Below are positions 10,175 to 19,869 of a stretch of 64,000 bases of DNA, in pieces (position 1 is the stretch's first letter; every line of letters begins with the position of its first letter). The position numbers were made by a program, and so were the translations under genes. The DNA comes from an uncultured Acidimicrobiia bacterium (GTDB taxonomy: Bacteria; Acidobacteriota; Terriglobia; Versatilivoradales; Versatilivoraceae). The notes under the pieces are model-generated. The model was given only the letters and a program-made list of their open reading frames with translations. It made no database searches and had not been told where the DNA came from. The stretch covers positions 256,001 to 320,000 of the forward strand of contig CAWBAT010000004.1 in the NCBI GenBank assembly GCA_963786955.1. Direction: 5' to 3'.

Positions 10175-11911
10175 TTATTTCACCGTCTCTCGCAAAACTT
10201 CTTCCATGGTGGTGACTCCATCACGGAGTTTCTGCAAACCACTTCCGCGAAGCGTAATCATTCCATTCTCGACGGCTTTTTTCTTGAGCTCGATCCCTGA
10301 GGCTCCAATGAGGATCAATTCGCGGAGATCATCATTGATTTCCATCACCTCATAGAGACCGACCCGCCCTTTATACCCAGTTCCATTGCACGTCTGGCAT
10401 CCCTTCCCCCGATAGGTGATGAGTTTCTTGGCTTCGGCCGGGGAGAAACCAGCCTCGACCAGTGCCTGGGGAGGGGTGGCCATTTCCTCCTTGCAATCTT
10501 TACAAACACGCCGAATCAATCGCTGGGCACAGATCAGATGCACGGAGGTAGCCACCAAAAACGGTTCAATTCCCATGTTCATCAGGCGACTAATCGTCGA
10601 TGGAGCATCATTGGTGTGTAAGGTACTCAGCACAAGATGCCCGGTCAATGCCGCTTTGACGGCAATCTCTGCCGTCTCAAAGTCACGGATCTCTCCAACC
10701 AGAATGATATTGGGATCTTGTCGCAGGAAGGAGCGTAATGCCGCTGCAAAGTTCAGACCAATCTGCTCTTTCATCTGTACCTGGTTGATCCCGGCCAAGT
10801 TGAATTCCACCGGATCCTCAGCAGTCATGATGTTGGTATCTATTTTGTTGAGACGCGCGATGGATGAATAGAGCGTATTGGTTTTTCCGCTGCCCGTTGG
10901 ACCGGTGACCAGCACCATGCCATAAGGTTTGAGGATCGCCGCTTCGAATCGCTTCAACGGATCCGATTCGAAACCCAGACGCGTCATGTCCAACATGAGG
11001 TTGTCTTTGTCCAAAAGGCGTAGGACGACTTTTTCTCCATAAAGGGTCGGAAGAACGGAGACGCGGAAATCAAGGTCTTTGGCTTTCCCCTCGTTCTTCA
11101 TCTTGATTTTGATTCGGCCGTCCTGCGGAAGCCGCTTCTCCGAAATGTCCAACTTCGCCATGATCTTGAGACGCGAAGTGATCGCATCCTTGAGTTTCAG
11201 CGGAGGGTTCATCACGGCATTCAGAACTCCGTCAATTCGGAAGCGAACTCGAAATTCTTTTTCATAGGGTTCGAGATGGATGTCACTGGCGCCGCGCTTG
11301 ACTGCATTCGAGAGAATCAGATTGACCAATTTGACGATGGGCGCTTCCTCGGCCGCCTGCTCCAACCCTTCCAGGTCGATGGCCTCTTCTTCCGATGCCA
11401 CTTCCAAAGACGTGTCTTCCCCATCGACCATTTTCGGGTCGACGATCGCGATGTCTTCCATCACTTTCTTTAGTTCGATGGAATGAGTAGTCCCATAATA
11501 TTTATCAATCGATTCCCGTATCGCCGTTTCTGAGGCCACCACAGGTTCAATATTGAACCCTGTCATGAACTTGATGTCGTCCATGGCAAAGACGTTGGTG
11601 GGATCGATCATGGCAATCGTCAGCGTCGAACCCACCCGACTCAGCGGCATGATCTGATACTTTTGAGCCGTTTCCACCGGGATCAGCTTGACCACTCCCG
11701 GATCGACATCGAAAAAGGATAAATTGATGGAAGGAACACCATACTGACGTGACAAAATTGCTGTAATTTCGTCATCGGTCACAAATCCGAGCTTAATCAG
11801 GCAATGCCCAAGTCGACCTCCATGGACACGCTGGTACTCCAGCGATTCCTTAAGCTGTTGCTGGGTAATTAGGTTTTCCTTGACCAGCAAATCCCCGATT
11901 TTTGAGGACAT
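10175..11911 (-). CDS. pilB: Type IV pilus assembly ATPase
   Basis: MshEN-like N-terminus (KIGDLLV...RLG), GPTGSGKT, tetracysteine zinc motif, GYKGRVG. Confidence 0.95.
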   Translation of the reverse strand: MSSKIGDLLVKENLITQQQLKESLEYQRVHGGRLGHCLIKLGFVTDDEITAILSRQYGVPSINLSFFDVDPGVVKLIPVETAQKYQIMPLSRVGSTLTIAMIDPTNVFAMDDIKFMTGFNIEPVVASETAIRESIDKYYGTTHSIELKKVMEDIAIVDPKMVDGEDTSLEVASEEEAIDLEGLEQAAEEAPIVKLVNLILSNAVKRGASDIHLEPYEKEFRVRFRIDGVLNAVMNPPLKLKDAITSRLKIMAKLDISEKRLPQDGRIKIKMKNEGKAKDLDFRVSVLPTLYGEKVVLRLLDKDNLMLDMTRLGFESDPLKRFEAAILKPYGMVLVTGPTGSGKTNTLYSSIARLNKIDTNIMTAEDPVEFNLAGINQVQMKEQIGLNFAAALRSFLRQDPNIILVGEIRDFETAEIAVKAALTGHLVLSTLHTNDAPSTISRLMNMGIEPFLVATSVHLICAQRLIRRVCKDCKEEMATPPQALVEAGFSPAEAKKLITYRGKGCQTCNGTGYKGRVGLYEVMEINDDLRELILIGASGIELKKKAVENGMITLRGSGLQKLRDGVTTMEEVLRETVK

Positions 11912-12192
11912 TCGTTATCTCCATGACCAATTCTCGGCAAATCGCCGGATTTCCTTATTGAATTTTGGGGATGGTTGACAAAAATTGTTAGGAATATGCT
12001 ATTTGATGCATTTATTAATGTCAAGAAATCGGCGCACCACCGTTCCTTCCGGTTGAATGCTATATCGGACAATAAGATGCAATGCCTTAGAGGAGTCTGA
12101 ATCTTTATGATTTAAGGGGTGATTTCGCGGGAGGGTTTCTATACAATTAAAGACTTAGAATGGTGTCCTAAGCACGTTCAGATATTTGGCCT

Positions 12193-14487
12193 ATGCAGTC
12201 TGAGCAGCCCAAAAGACAGAAAACCGTCATCATCCTTTCCGCCGCTGTTCTTCTCCTCTTAATTTTTGCCGTCCTACAGCAGGCTATCAACCTCACGCCT
12301 TACTTTGACGTGCCCGACCATCAGACTGCCCTGCTCCTCTGGGCATTGATGTCCCTGAATGTTGTCTTGCTGACGGTCTGCATCCTCATCCTTTTGCGCC
12401 ATTTGCTTAAGTTGTATTACGAGCGCAAGAGTCAGCAACTGGGTTCGAAATTCCGGACCAAACTGGTGTTTGCATTCCTGGGGCTTTCTTTTATCCCGGT
12501 TCTTTTCATGTCCTTTTTTGCCTATTTCCTGTTAAACCGGAACCTTGACAAATGGTTCAGTACCCCGATTGATCAGGTTGTGAATAATGTGGATCTGATC
12601 GTGCGTGAGATGAACCAGGATGCCAGCAATTATTCTGCCCGTATCGCGACATTCCTTGCCAATCACAGTGTTGTCCACCGCTTGATTGCTAATCCTAACG
12701 CGGAGAGTCTTCGCGACTTCGACGATCTCACCTCCAAGCTAGGGATCTCTGTCCTGCTGACTTTTGACAAATCAGGGAATCCTATTTTCTTATACCAGGG
12801 CAATTCTATTCTGGATCCACAAACTTGGGAGTTCAAGAGGTGGCTCGAGCGACTGAGGGCGGTTGGATGGGTCCAATCGAATGGGCATCTGACAGACTCC
12901 TTCTTCCGGGCACCCGTCAACCCTAGCGGTTCTAAATCCCCGATCATTTCGACGTTGGATGATGATGGAAAGGAAATCTTTTTAGCGGGTTCAGAAATCC
13001 CCCTGAACCAATCAGCCGCATCGGGCGGCTTGATTGTTGGATTCAAAATCAAGGGGACTCTGTTAAGTTTGGCAGGACAGATTGCACAGTCGAGCACAGA
13101 ATACCGGAACCGCTCGAAAGAGCGAAAACTGGTCCGGTATAATTTCATGCTTTGGCTGGGTCTGATCACCCTCCTGGTCCTTTTTGCCGCAGTTTGGATT
13201 GGGCTCTACTTATCGAAGAAAATTGCGATACCGATTCGAGCATTGGCAGAAGCGGCAAAAGAGATTTCCACCGGCAATTTACTTTTCCGCGTGAATTGTC
13301 CCGCCGAGGATGAGCTGGGCATTTTGGTGAACTCTTTCAATCAGATGACGGCGCAGCTACATGAAGGCTCCCAAAAATTAGAACAATCTTACCAGGACCT
13401 CGAAGCGATCAACCGTGCATTGGTGGAAAAGCGGCGCTATACCGAAGCCGTCCTTGAAAACATCCCGACCGGAGTGATCTCTATTTCACCCGAATTTCGA
13501 ATCAGTAAGATGAATAAGGCCGCGTTAACGATGTTAGGGTGCAACCAGACCGTCGTGTCCAGTCTGGTTCAAGATATTTTTCAAGGAAAAGACTATTCCG
13601 AAATCCTTTCTCTTCTGGAAAAAGCTGGCCGGGTTGGCCTAGCGGCCCGCGATCTGCGCATCCACCGGCCCGGTCGCAATCTCTATTGTGCCGTCACCAT
13701 CAGTTCGCTACTCGAGGATGATGAACTCTCCCAGGGTTATGTCATGGTGTTGGAAGATTTGACCGAAGTATTGAAAGGACAGAAAGCCAACGCTTGGCGG
13801 GAAGTCGCGCGACGGATGGCTCATGAAATCAAGAATCCTTTGACTCCCATTCAATTGTCAGCCGATCGGCTGCTGAAGAATTACGCAAAGTCTAAGACTG
13901 ATTTGCTCTTTCCTCGAAGGGGTTCGAACGGATTTGATCTCGTGTTGCAGGAGTGCGTCCAGACGATCACGCAGGAAGTTTCGACATTGAAATCGATGGT
14001 GGACGAGTTTTCCCGATTTGCCCGCCTGCCGAATACGAATATGGTGTCTGCGAATCTGAATCAGTTGATCGAAAATGCGCTTTCCTCTTACAATGGCCGT
14101 TTTGAAGGCATCCGCCTAATTAAAGAATTAGGGCCGGATTTACCTGATATTCCTGTGGATCCAGAGCAATTGAGGCGCGTCTTTGTAAACCTATTCGACA
14201 ATGCAATCGAAGCGATGGAGGATGCGCCGCAGAAGGAGCTCACGGTCCTAAGCTGTTTCTCAAGTAAGAATGAAACCATTCAGATCATCATTCGAGATTC
14301 GGGCCACGGAATTACCCCTGCCGACAAAGACAAACTTTTCCTCCCCTATTTTTCAACGCGGAAGCGAGGAACTGGCCTGGGATTAGCCATCGTGAGCCGA
14401 ATCATTGCGGACCACAAAGGCTATATTCATGTTGAAGATAATTACCCAAGAGGAGCCAGTTTTGTTCTGGAGCTCCCCACCCGATGA
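12193..14487 (+). CDS. HAMP/PAS sensor histidine kinase, NtrY-like
   Basis: AWREVARRMAHEIKNPLTPIQLSA H-box typical of NtrY; TM, HAMP and PAS segments. Confidence 0.88.
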   Translation: MQSEQPKRQKTVIILSAAVLLLLIFAVLQQAINLTPYFDVPDHQTALLLWALMSLNVVLLTVCILILLRHLLKLYYERKSQQLGSKFRTKLVFAFLGLSFIPVLFMSFFAYFLLNRNLDKWFSTPIDQVVNNVDLIVREMNQDASNYSARIATFLANHSVVHRLIANPNAESLRDFDDLTSKLGISVLLTFDKSGNPIFLYQGNSILDPQTWEFKRWLERLRAVGWVQSNGHLTDSFFRAPVNPSGSKSPIISTLDDDGKEIFLAGSEIPLNQSAASGGLIVGFKIKGTLLSLAGQIAQSSTEYRNRSKERKLVRYNFMLWLGLITLLVLFAAVWIGLYLSKKIAIPIRALAEAAKEISTGNLLFRVNCPAEDELGILVNSFNQMTAQLHEGSQKLEQSYQDLEAINRALVEKRRYTEAVLENIPTGVISISPEFRISKMNKAALTMLGCNQTVVSSLVQDIFQGKDYSEILSLLEKAGRVGLAARDLRIHRPGRNLYCAVTISSLLEDDELSQGYVMVLEDLTEVLKGQKANAWREVARRMAHEIKNPLTPIQLSADRLLKNYAKSKTDLLFPRRGSNGFDLVLQECVQTITQEVSTLKSMVDEFSRFARLPNTNMVSANLNQLIENALSSYNGRFEGIRLIKELGPDLPDIPVDPEQLRRVFVNLFDNAIEAMEDAPQKELTVLSCFSSKNETIQIIIRDSGHGITPADKDKLFLPYFSTRKRGTGLGLAIVSRIIADHKGYIHVEDNYPRGASFVLELPTR

Positions 14488-14532
14488 ACTCAACGAAAGT
14501 ACAAGACAGATAATTTCATGAGGGCTTGACAC

Positions 14533-15894
14533 GTGGCACGCAACACCATTCTCATTGTTGACGACGAAATCGGCATCCGGAAATCCTTGAGCGCGGTGCT
14601 TAAGGAGGAGGGCTACAAGGTTGAAGCGGTTGAGAGTGGAGAGGCCTGTGTCTCTCTGTTGGAGAATAAGTCGTTTGAATTGATTTTGCTCGATGTTTGG
14701 CTCCCCTTGATGGATGGCCTGGAAACCCTCGCGGTTCTGAATAAAATGAGCTGCGCCGCTGCTGTCGTGATGATTTCAGGGCACGGGACAATTGAAACGG
14801 CCGTCAAAGCCACCCGGCTTGGGGCCTTCGATTTCATCGAGAAACCCTTGTCGATCGAAAAGACATTATTGGTCATCAAGAACGCGCTGGACCATAAACA
14901 CCTCCTCGAAGAGAACAAGACGCTCAAAACGGAATTGGGGAACCGATATCGAATTGTCGGGAACAGTGTCTCGATGAAAGCCCTGCGCCAACAACTTCAG
15001 ATCGCTGCCCCAACCAATGGGCGTGTTTTAGTTTACGGAGAGAGTGGGACTGGGAAGGAATTAGTCGCTCACGCCCTGCATCATCAAGGTCTACGAAATG
15101 CCGCGCCTTTCATTGAAGTCAATTGCGCAGCCATCCCGGACGAACTCATCGAAAGCGAATTATTCGGCCACATCAAAGGAGCCTTCACCGGAGCAACACA
15201 GCATAAAATCGGAAAGTTTGAAAAGGCCGACGGCGGAACGCTCTTTCTGGATGAAGTCGGTGATATGAGTTTAAAGACTCAAGCCAAGGTTCTCCGCGCT
15301 CTGGAGGAGCAACGATTCGAACCTGTGGGATCCTCTGCCCCGGTCTCCGTCGATGTGCGCATCATCGCCGCCACAAACAAGAATTTGGATGAAGAAATGG
15401 AAAAAGGCAATTTTCGCCAGGATCTCTTCTATCGGCTGAACGTCATTCCTTTCTACGTTCCTCCCCTGCGCGAGCGAGTTGAAGACATTCCGGTCTTGAC
15501 GGAATATTTTATTGCGGAATATTCAAACCTCTATGGGCGCAAACCCAAACAAATATCGAGTGAGGCGATGGAATTTTTGAAGTCGTATTTTTGGCCAGGA
15601 AACGTGCGTGAGCTCAAGAATCTGGTGGAACGGATGGTGATCATGACTCACGGAAACCGTCTGGAAACCCGTCACTTGCCCTCGGTATTATTGAAAGGGC
15701 CTTCCGTGGCGGAGGACCCGTCAGATGCGAAGAGCCTGTCTGAAGCCCGACAAGCATTCGATCGGGAATACATCCTGAAGAAGCTGGAAGAGAATCAGGG
15801 GAACGTGACCCATACCGCAGATGCCCTGGGCATCGAACGAAGTCACCTTTACCGAAAACTGAAACTCTTGAAAGTCAATCCGGAGCGCAATTGA
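14533..15894 (+). CDS. Sigma-54-dependent response regulator, NtrX-like
   Basis: Receiver with [23 protein letters not shown] and [11 protein letters not shown]; follows the NtrY-like kinase. Confidence 0.88.
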   Translation: MARNTILIVDDEIGIRKSLSAVLKEEGYKVEAVESGEACVSLLENKSFELILLDVWLPLMDGLETLAVLNKMSCAAAVVMISGHGTIETAVKATRLGAFDFIEKPLSIEKTLLVIKNALDHKHLLEENKTLKTELGNRYRIVGNSVSMKALRQQLQIAAPTNGRVLVYGESGTGKELVAHALHHQGLRNAAPFIEVNCAAIPDELIESELFGHIKGAFTGATQHKIGKFEKADGGTLFLDEVGDMSLKTQAKVLRALEEQRFEPVGSSAPVSVDVRIIAATNKNLDEEMEKGNFRQDLFYRLNVIPFYVPPLRERVEDIPVLTEYFIAEYSNLYGRKPKQISSEAMEFLKSYFWPGNVRELKNLVERMVIMTHGNRLETRHLPSVLLKGPSVAEDPSDAKSLSEARQAFDREYILKKLEENQGNVTHTADALGIERSHLYRKLKLLKVNPERN

Positions 15895-16016
15895 AGGCGG
15901 GCATCGAGTGAAACAAAGCCTGTAAGACAATCTCGCGCTTCCCAGGTATTGAACTTGCGTGGGTGGCGCCACCCTGCGAAGGCATGGGCAGGAAACTTCT
16001 TCGCCGCGCCCGACGA

Positions 16017-17405
16017 TCAACGCGAGGGAGTTGAGAATGCAAATTGAGTCATTCTCTGCTCTTTCTGAATCTTTCTCAGAAGACGGTCCCGCCGGCACAT
16101 CCAACGAACTCGAGAGGTTTCTCGGCCGACCTGCGGAATGGCTTGTTCTGTCAATTCCAGAGCTTTGGCTAGGTTCTTCTCACGATGTTCATAGTGAACG
16201 GAAAGACTTTCGTAGGCCTCTTCATGAAATGAGGCAGATTCTTCGATCAGGCTGTTCCACAATTCAACGGCTTGTGAAAAAAGCCTTCGGGATCGGTACG
16301 ACGTGGCAAGGGTTTTCATCGCGGCTAATCGCAGATCCCTCTGAAGCGGGAAGCTCAACGCAGCTTGATTCCAGTCCATGGCCGCTTCGCGCTCTCCCAA
16401 CTGGTTAAAGTAGCTTCCAACACTGAAAAGTTCTTCAGGGAAGAGGGCGGTCTTTTCCTTTCCATGTAGAATTTCGCTCACCTTCAATGTCAGCCGGGCC
16501 AGGGTCACGATATCGCTGAAATTATGTTTGAGAATCTTGCGAATGCCTGCAGGATTGCCTGAACGCGTGTAATTGAAATAGATTTGAGGGATGAGATTTC
16601 CGGCAACATCTTCAGGTCGCTCATCCCCGAGAATTTCTTTTTCAAGATTTCCCAAACGACAATCCCCCAAGCGGAGTTTCCAGATTCTTCGGGCCGGGAA
16701 AAGCAAGTCCACATGGAACACTGAATCGAGCGGCCAGGTCCTCCGGGTCAAGGTAAATCGGGATTTCAGCAAGGGAATATCAAATGATTTGCCATTGAAG
16801 GTAATCAACACGCGAGCCGACTTCAAACGTTCCTCAAGAGCTTGCAACAGAGCAGGCTCTTCATGAAAATCACGCATGAAAAACTGCTCGACAATGAACG
16901 CGGACCCATCCCAAGAGCCGATTCCAACCAGGAAGGCATAGGTTCCGGTCCCGCCGGAAAGCCCCGTGGTCTCCGTGTCTAGAAAAACAACCTGCCCTAA
17001 TTCTGAGACCGTCTGCCCCCCTTGGAGCCATGAGACTAGCCCTGAAATTTTGGAAATCAAGTTTCGGCTACTGACCTTCAGATCGGGACAGGATTGGGCA
17101 CATTGCTCCAACCGATAAATGTACGATCCCAATTCGTTCGAAAGACTCCGCCCACCGAGAATACTTGCACTCCGCTCCCGATCCGGGAGCAACTCATCCA
17201 CAGGCCTCGTCGTTTCCGGCTGTTTCTTACGCCGCTTGGCGAGCGCCTTTCGCAGAATTTCCTGGGGATCCCTTGGAGCCTGGCTCGAGACCCCTTCCGG
17301 TTCTGTCCCCATCAACGGCTGCAACCGATCGACAGAGGGGTTTAATCGTGTCTCGTTCTTCTTCTTTAGATTTTCTTCTTGACGCAGTTTTTCCAGGAAC
17401 TTCAT
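16017..17405 (-). CDS. RNase H-like (DEDD) exonuclease with C-terminal TPR, YprB/MrfB-like
   Basis: FLDTETTGLSGGTGT, TFNGKSFD, HVDLL, HN..D; helical C-terminus; 6 bp downstream of the helicase. Confidence 0.85.
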   Translation of the reverse strand: MKFLEKLRQEENLKKKNETRLNPSVDRLQPLMGTEPEGVSSQAPRDPQEILRKALAKRRKKQPETTRPVDELLPDRERSASILGGRSLSNELGSYIYRLEQCAQSCPDLKVSSRNLISKISGLVSWLQGGQTVSELGQVVFLDTETTGLSGGTGTYAFLVGIGSWDGSAFIVEQFFMRDFHEEPALLQALEERLKSARVLITFNGKSFDIPLLKSRFTLTRRTWPLDSVFHVDLLFPARRIWKLRLGDCRLGNLEKEILGDERPEDVAGNLIPQIYFNYTRSGNPAGIRKILKHNFSDIVTLARLTLKVSEILHGKEKTALFPEELFSVGSYFNQLGEREAAMDWNQAALSFPLQRDLRLAAMKTLATSYRSRRLFSQAVELWNSLIEESASFHEEAYESLSVHYEHREKNLAKALELTEQAIPQVGRETSRVRWMCRRDRLLRKIQKEQRMTQFAFSTPSR

Positions 17406-17411
17406 AGAGAA

Positions 17412-19775
17412 TTACAGAATTCGATTCAAAATCTCAAGGGCCACTTGCTTGCTCAGGTCACCCGCAATCCCTTGGGGACCCACGCAACTGGGACAGCCCT
17501 CTTTGCAAGGGCAACTGCGAATGAGGCGGGCGGTTTCCTGTAAGACGCGGTCGTGCATCTCGTAAAGGGGCACGCTCAATCCTATCCCTCCGGGGTAATT
17601 GTCATAGATGAAGATATTCGGTTCGAAAAGTCCTGCGCCAATTCCTGCCCCGGATGGAGGAATCGAGCCGGTGGATGGCCCGTTGGAGTCCAGGGGATGG
17701 TTTTCTTCAATCGTGACCTGAATATCTCTCGCATCACACATCAAAAACAAGGCGGCCATCTGACGCATCGCCTCAGCCAGACCGCGTACTCCGCCAAGTC
17801 GAACCGAAGGCGAATAGGGGAGTGTGTCCATCAGCTCACGAGGGAGTGTCAGCCAGTAGGAGGTCGTATGCATTTCTTGCTCGGGTAATTCCAGGTCGCC
17901 GGCTCCCACATTTTCAAGCGTATAGAATTTGATTTTCTTGAACCCAACCACTTGGGTCGTGAAGTGAATTTCACCATGATTTCGGACCGAATTCCTAAGG
18001 GGGTCGCTCTCAAAAGCTTCGAGTATCTTGGCTTTGGTATATGAGATGGCATCTGTGAAGTAGTCTGTCTCGACTTGTCTTACATGAGCTCGCCTCTCTT
18101 TGTAATCGAGTTTTTCAACAAAATATTGACGCCCTTCATGAATATAGATCGCTTTTTCATGCAGAGTCGTTAACGCGCTGGGGAAATCCACCTTGCTCAT
18201 GATCTTCGGCTCCGCCGTAATATCGAGCACGACAAAATTATCGGAACTTACCGATCGCAAACTCACTGCGTCGGCAGGGTAAGATTCACTGGTCCAATGC
18301 CATTGATCCTGGGCCCGGTGGACAAAACCATTCTCTTCAAGGTACTTCAAAATTTCTTCAACCTCCAAACTGCCAAATTTCTCCCCTTGGCGGAAGGGCA
18401 ATTCAAATACGGCGCATTTGACGTGGTTGAGCAGAATCTCCAGATTATTAGGATTCACGAGTCCATGCTCGGGAGACTGTCCAAAGAAGTAGGCAGGATT
18501 CTGGATGATGAACTGGTCGAGAGGAGCACTGCTCGCAACCAGCACAGCCGCAGAAGTCCCGGAGCGTCTTCCGGAGCGTCCGGCCCGCTGCCAGGTGGAG
18601 GCAATCGTCCCGGAATAGCCCGCCATGACGCACACTTCGAGACTCCCAATGTCAACACCCAATTCCAGCGCGCTCGTCGCGACCACACCTAGAATCTTCC
18701 CTTCACGAAGGCCCTTTTCAATCTCGCGGCGCTCTAAAGGCAAATAACCGCCACGGTAGCCACGGATTAATTCTTTGGAAAGTACGCTTTTTTCTAACGC
18801 ATCTTTCAGATAGGTGACCAGAATCTCAGTGACCAGCCGGCTATTGGCAAAGACAATTGTTTGCAACCCCCGTTTGAGGAAGTTCAGGGCGATTTTACGC
18901 GTCTCATTGACGTACGATCTTCGAATTCCCAATTGCTTATTGACCACCGGAGGATTATAAAAAACAAAATATTTCTCTCCCCGAGGAGCTCCGTTATTAC
19001 TAATGAGCTCGACTTCTTCTTCTAGAAGCTTCTCCGCGAGATCCTTCGGATTGGCAATGGTGGCCGAACAACAGATGAACTGCGGGTGAGAACCATAAAA
19101 CGCACAAATTCGTTTCATACGGCGCAACACATTGGTCAGATGGCTTCCAAAGACACCGCGGTAAGTATGGAGTTCGTCAATCACTACATATTTCAGGTTC
19201 TCAAAAAGCTGCACCCACTTGGTGTGATGAGGGAGAATCCCTGCATGCAGCATATCCGGGTTGCTGACCACCACGTGACCTTGGCTTCGAATAGCCTTTC
19301 GCGCGTCTTGCGGCGTGTCCCCATCATAAGTAAACGTCTTGATGTCTTTCCCGGAAAGCTGAATCAACTGATAGAGCTCTTCCATCTGGTCTTGGGCCAG
19401 CGCCTTGGTAGGAAAGAGGTAGAGGGCGCGCGACTCGGGGTTTGAGAAAAGGGTGTTCAAAACGGGGAGGTTATAACAAAGGGTTTTGCCAGAAGCCGTC
19501 GGGGTGACAACCACAACATTCTTGCGATTGAGAACTGCTTCGATCGCGTCCGCCTGATGGGCATAGAGCTTTTCAATACCGCGTCGATGGAAGATTTCCT
19601 GAACATCACCCGTGACGCTTTTGGGGAAATCGGCCCACTGGGCTTCTTGTGCAGGATAATGCTCCACATGGGCAATACAATCGCCCCACTCTCGTTGGCG
19701 ACAGAGGTCGTCAACGATTCGTGCAATGGATAATTTCCCTTCTGCGGCTATCAGTGAACGTCGTTGCTCAGCCAT
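17412..19775 (-). CDS. DEAD/DEAH-box helicase with C-terminal DUF1998 zinc motif, YprA/MrfA/Hrq1-like
   Basis: TPTASGKT, DELH, SATIAN, TSALELGVDIG, QRAGRSGR, YDNYPGGIG, CPCKEGCPSC. Confidence 0.92.
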   Translation of the reverse strand: MAEQRRSLIAAEGKLSIARIVDDLCRQREWGDCIAHVEHYPAQEAQWADFPKSVTGDVQEIFHRRGIEKLYAHQADAIEAVLNRKNVVVVTPTASGKTLCYNLPVLNTLFSNPESRALYLFPTKALAQDQMEELYQLIQLSGKDIKTFTYDGDTPQDARKAIRSQGHVVVSNPDMLHAGILPHHTKWVQLFENLKYVVIDELHTYRGVFGSHLTNVLRRMKRICAFYGSHPQFICCSATIANPKDLAEKLLEEEVELISNNGAPRGEKYFVFYNPPVVNKQLGIRRSYVNETRKIALNFLKRGLQTIVFANSRLVTEILVTYLKDALEKSVLSKELIRGYRGGYLPLERREIEKGLREGKILGVVATSALELGVDIGSLEVCVMAGYSGTIASTWQRAGRSGRRSGTSAAVLVASSAPLDQFIIQNPAYFFGQSPEHGLVNPNNLEILLNHVKCAVFELPFRQGEKFGSLEVEEILKYLEENGFVHRAQDQWHWTSESYPADAVSLRSVSSDNFVVLDITAEPKIMSKVDFPSALTTLHEKAIYIHEGRQYFVEKLDYKERRAHVRQVETDYFTDAISYTKAKILEAFESDPLRNSVRNHGEIHFTTQVVGFKKIKFYTLENVGAGDLELPEQEMHTTSYWLTLPRELMDTLPYSPSVRLGGVRGLAEAMRQMAALFLMCDARDIQVTIEENHPLDSNGPSTGSIPPSGAGIGAGLFEPNIFIYDNYPGGIGLSVPLYEMHDRVLQETARLIRSCPCKEGCPSCVGPQGIAGDLSKQVALEILNRIL

Positions 19776-19869
19776 ATTCCTCAGATTCTCTATTCTAACA
19801 GTTGGATATTCCGATTAACCTGCTTATGCCTGCATGCTCCCTTGTTCCCTCGTCCTTGCAACTGGTTCC

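Noticed and set aside
11912-12192. Sigma-54 promoter in the pilB/ntrY intergenic region
   Set aside because: No correctly spaced TGGCAC-N5-TTGC found by eye
17412-19775. DUF1998 helicase as part of a DISARM or Druantia defence system
   Set aside because: Partner is a YprB-like exonuclease; no methylase, PLD nuclease or second helicase nearby
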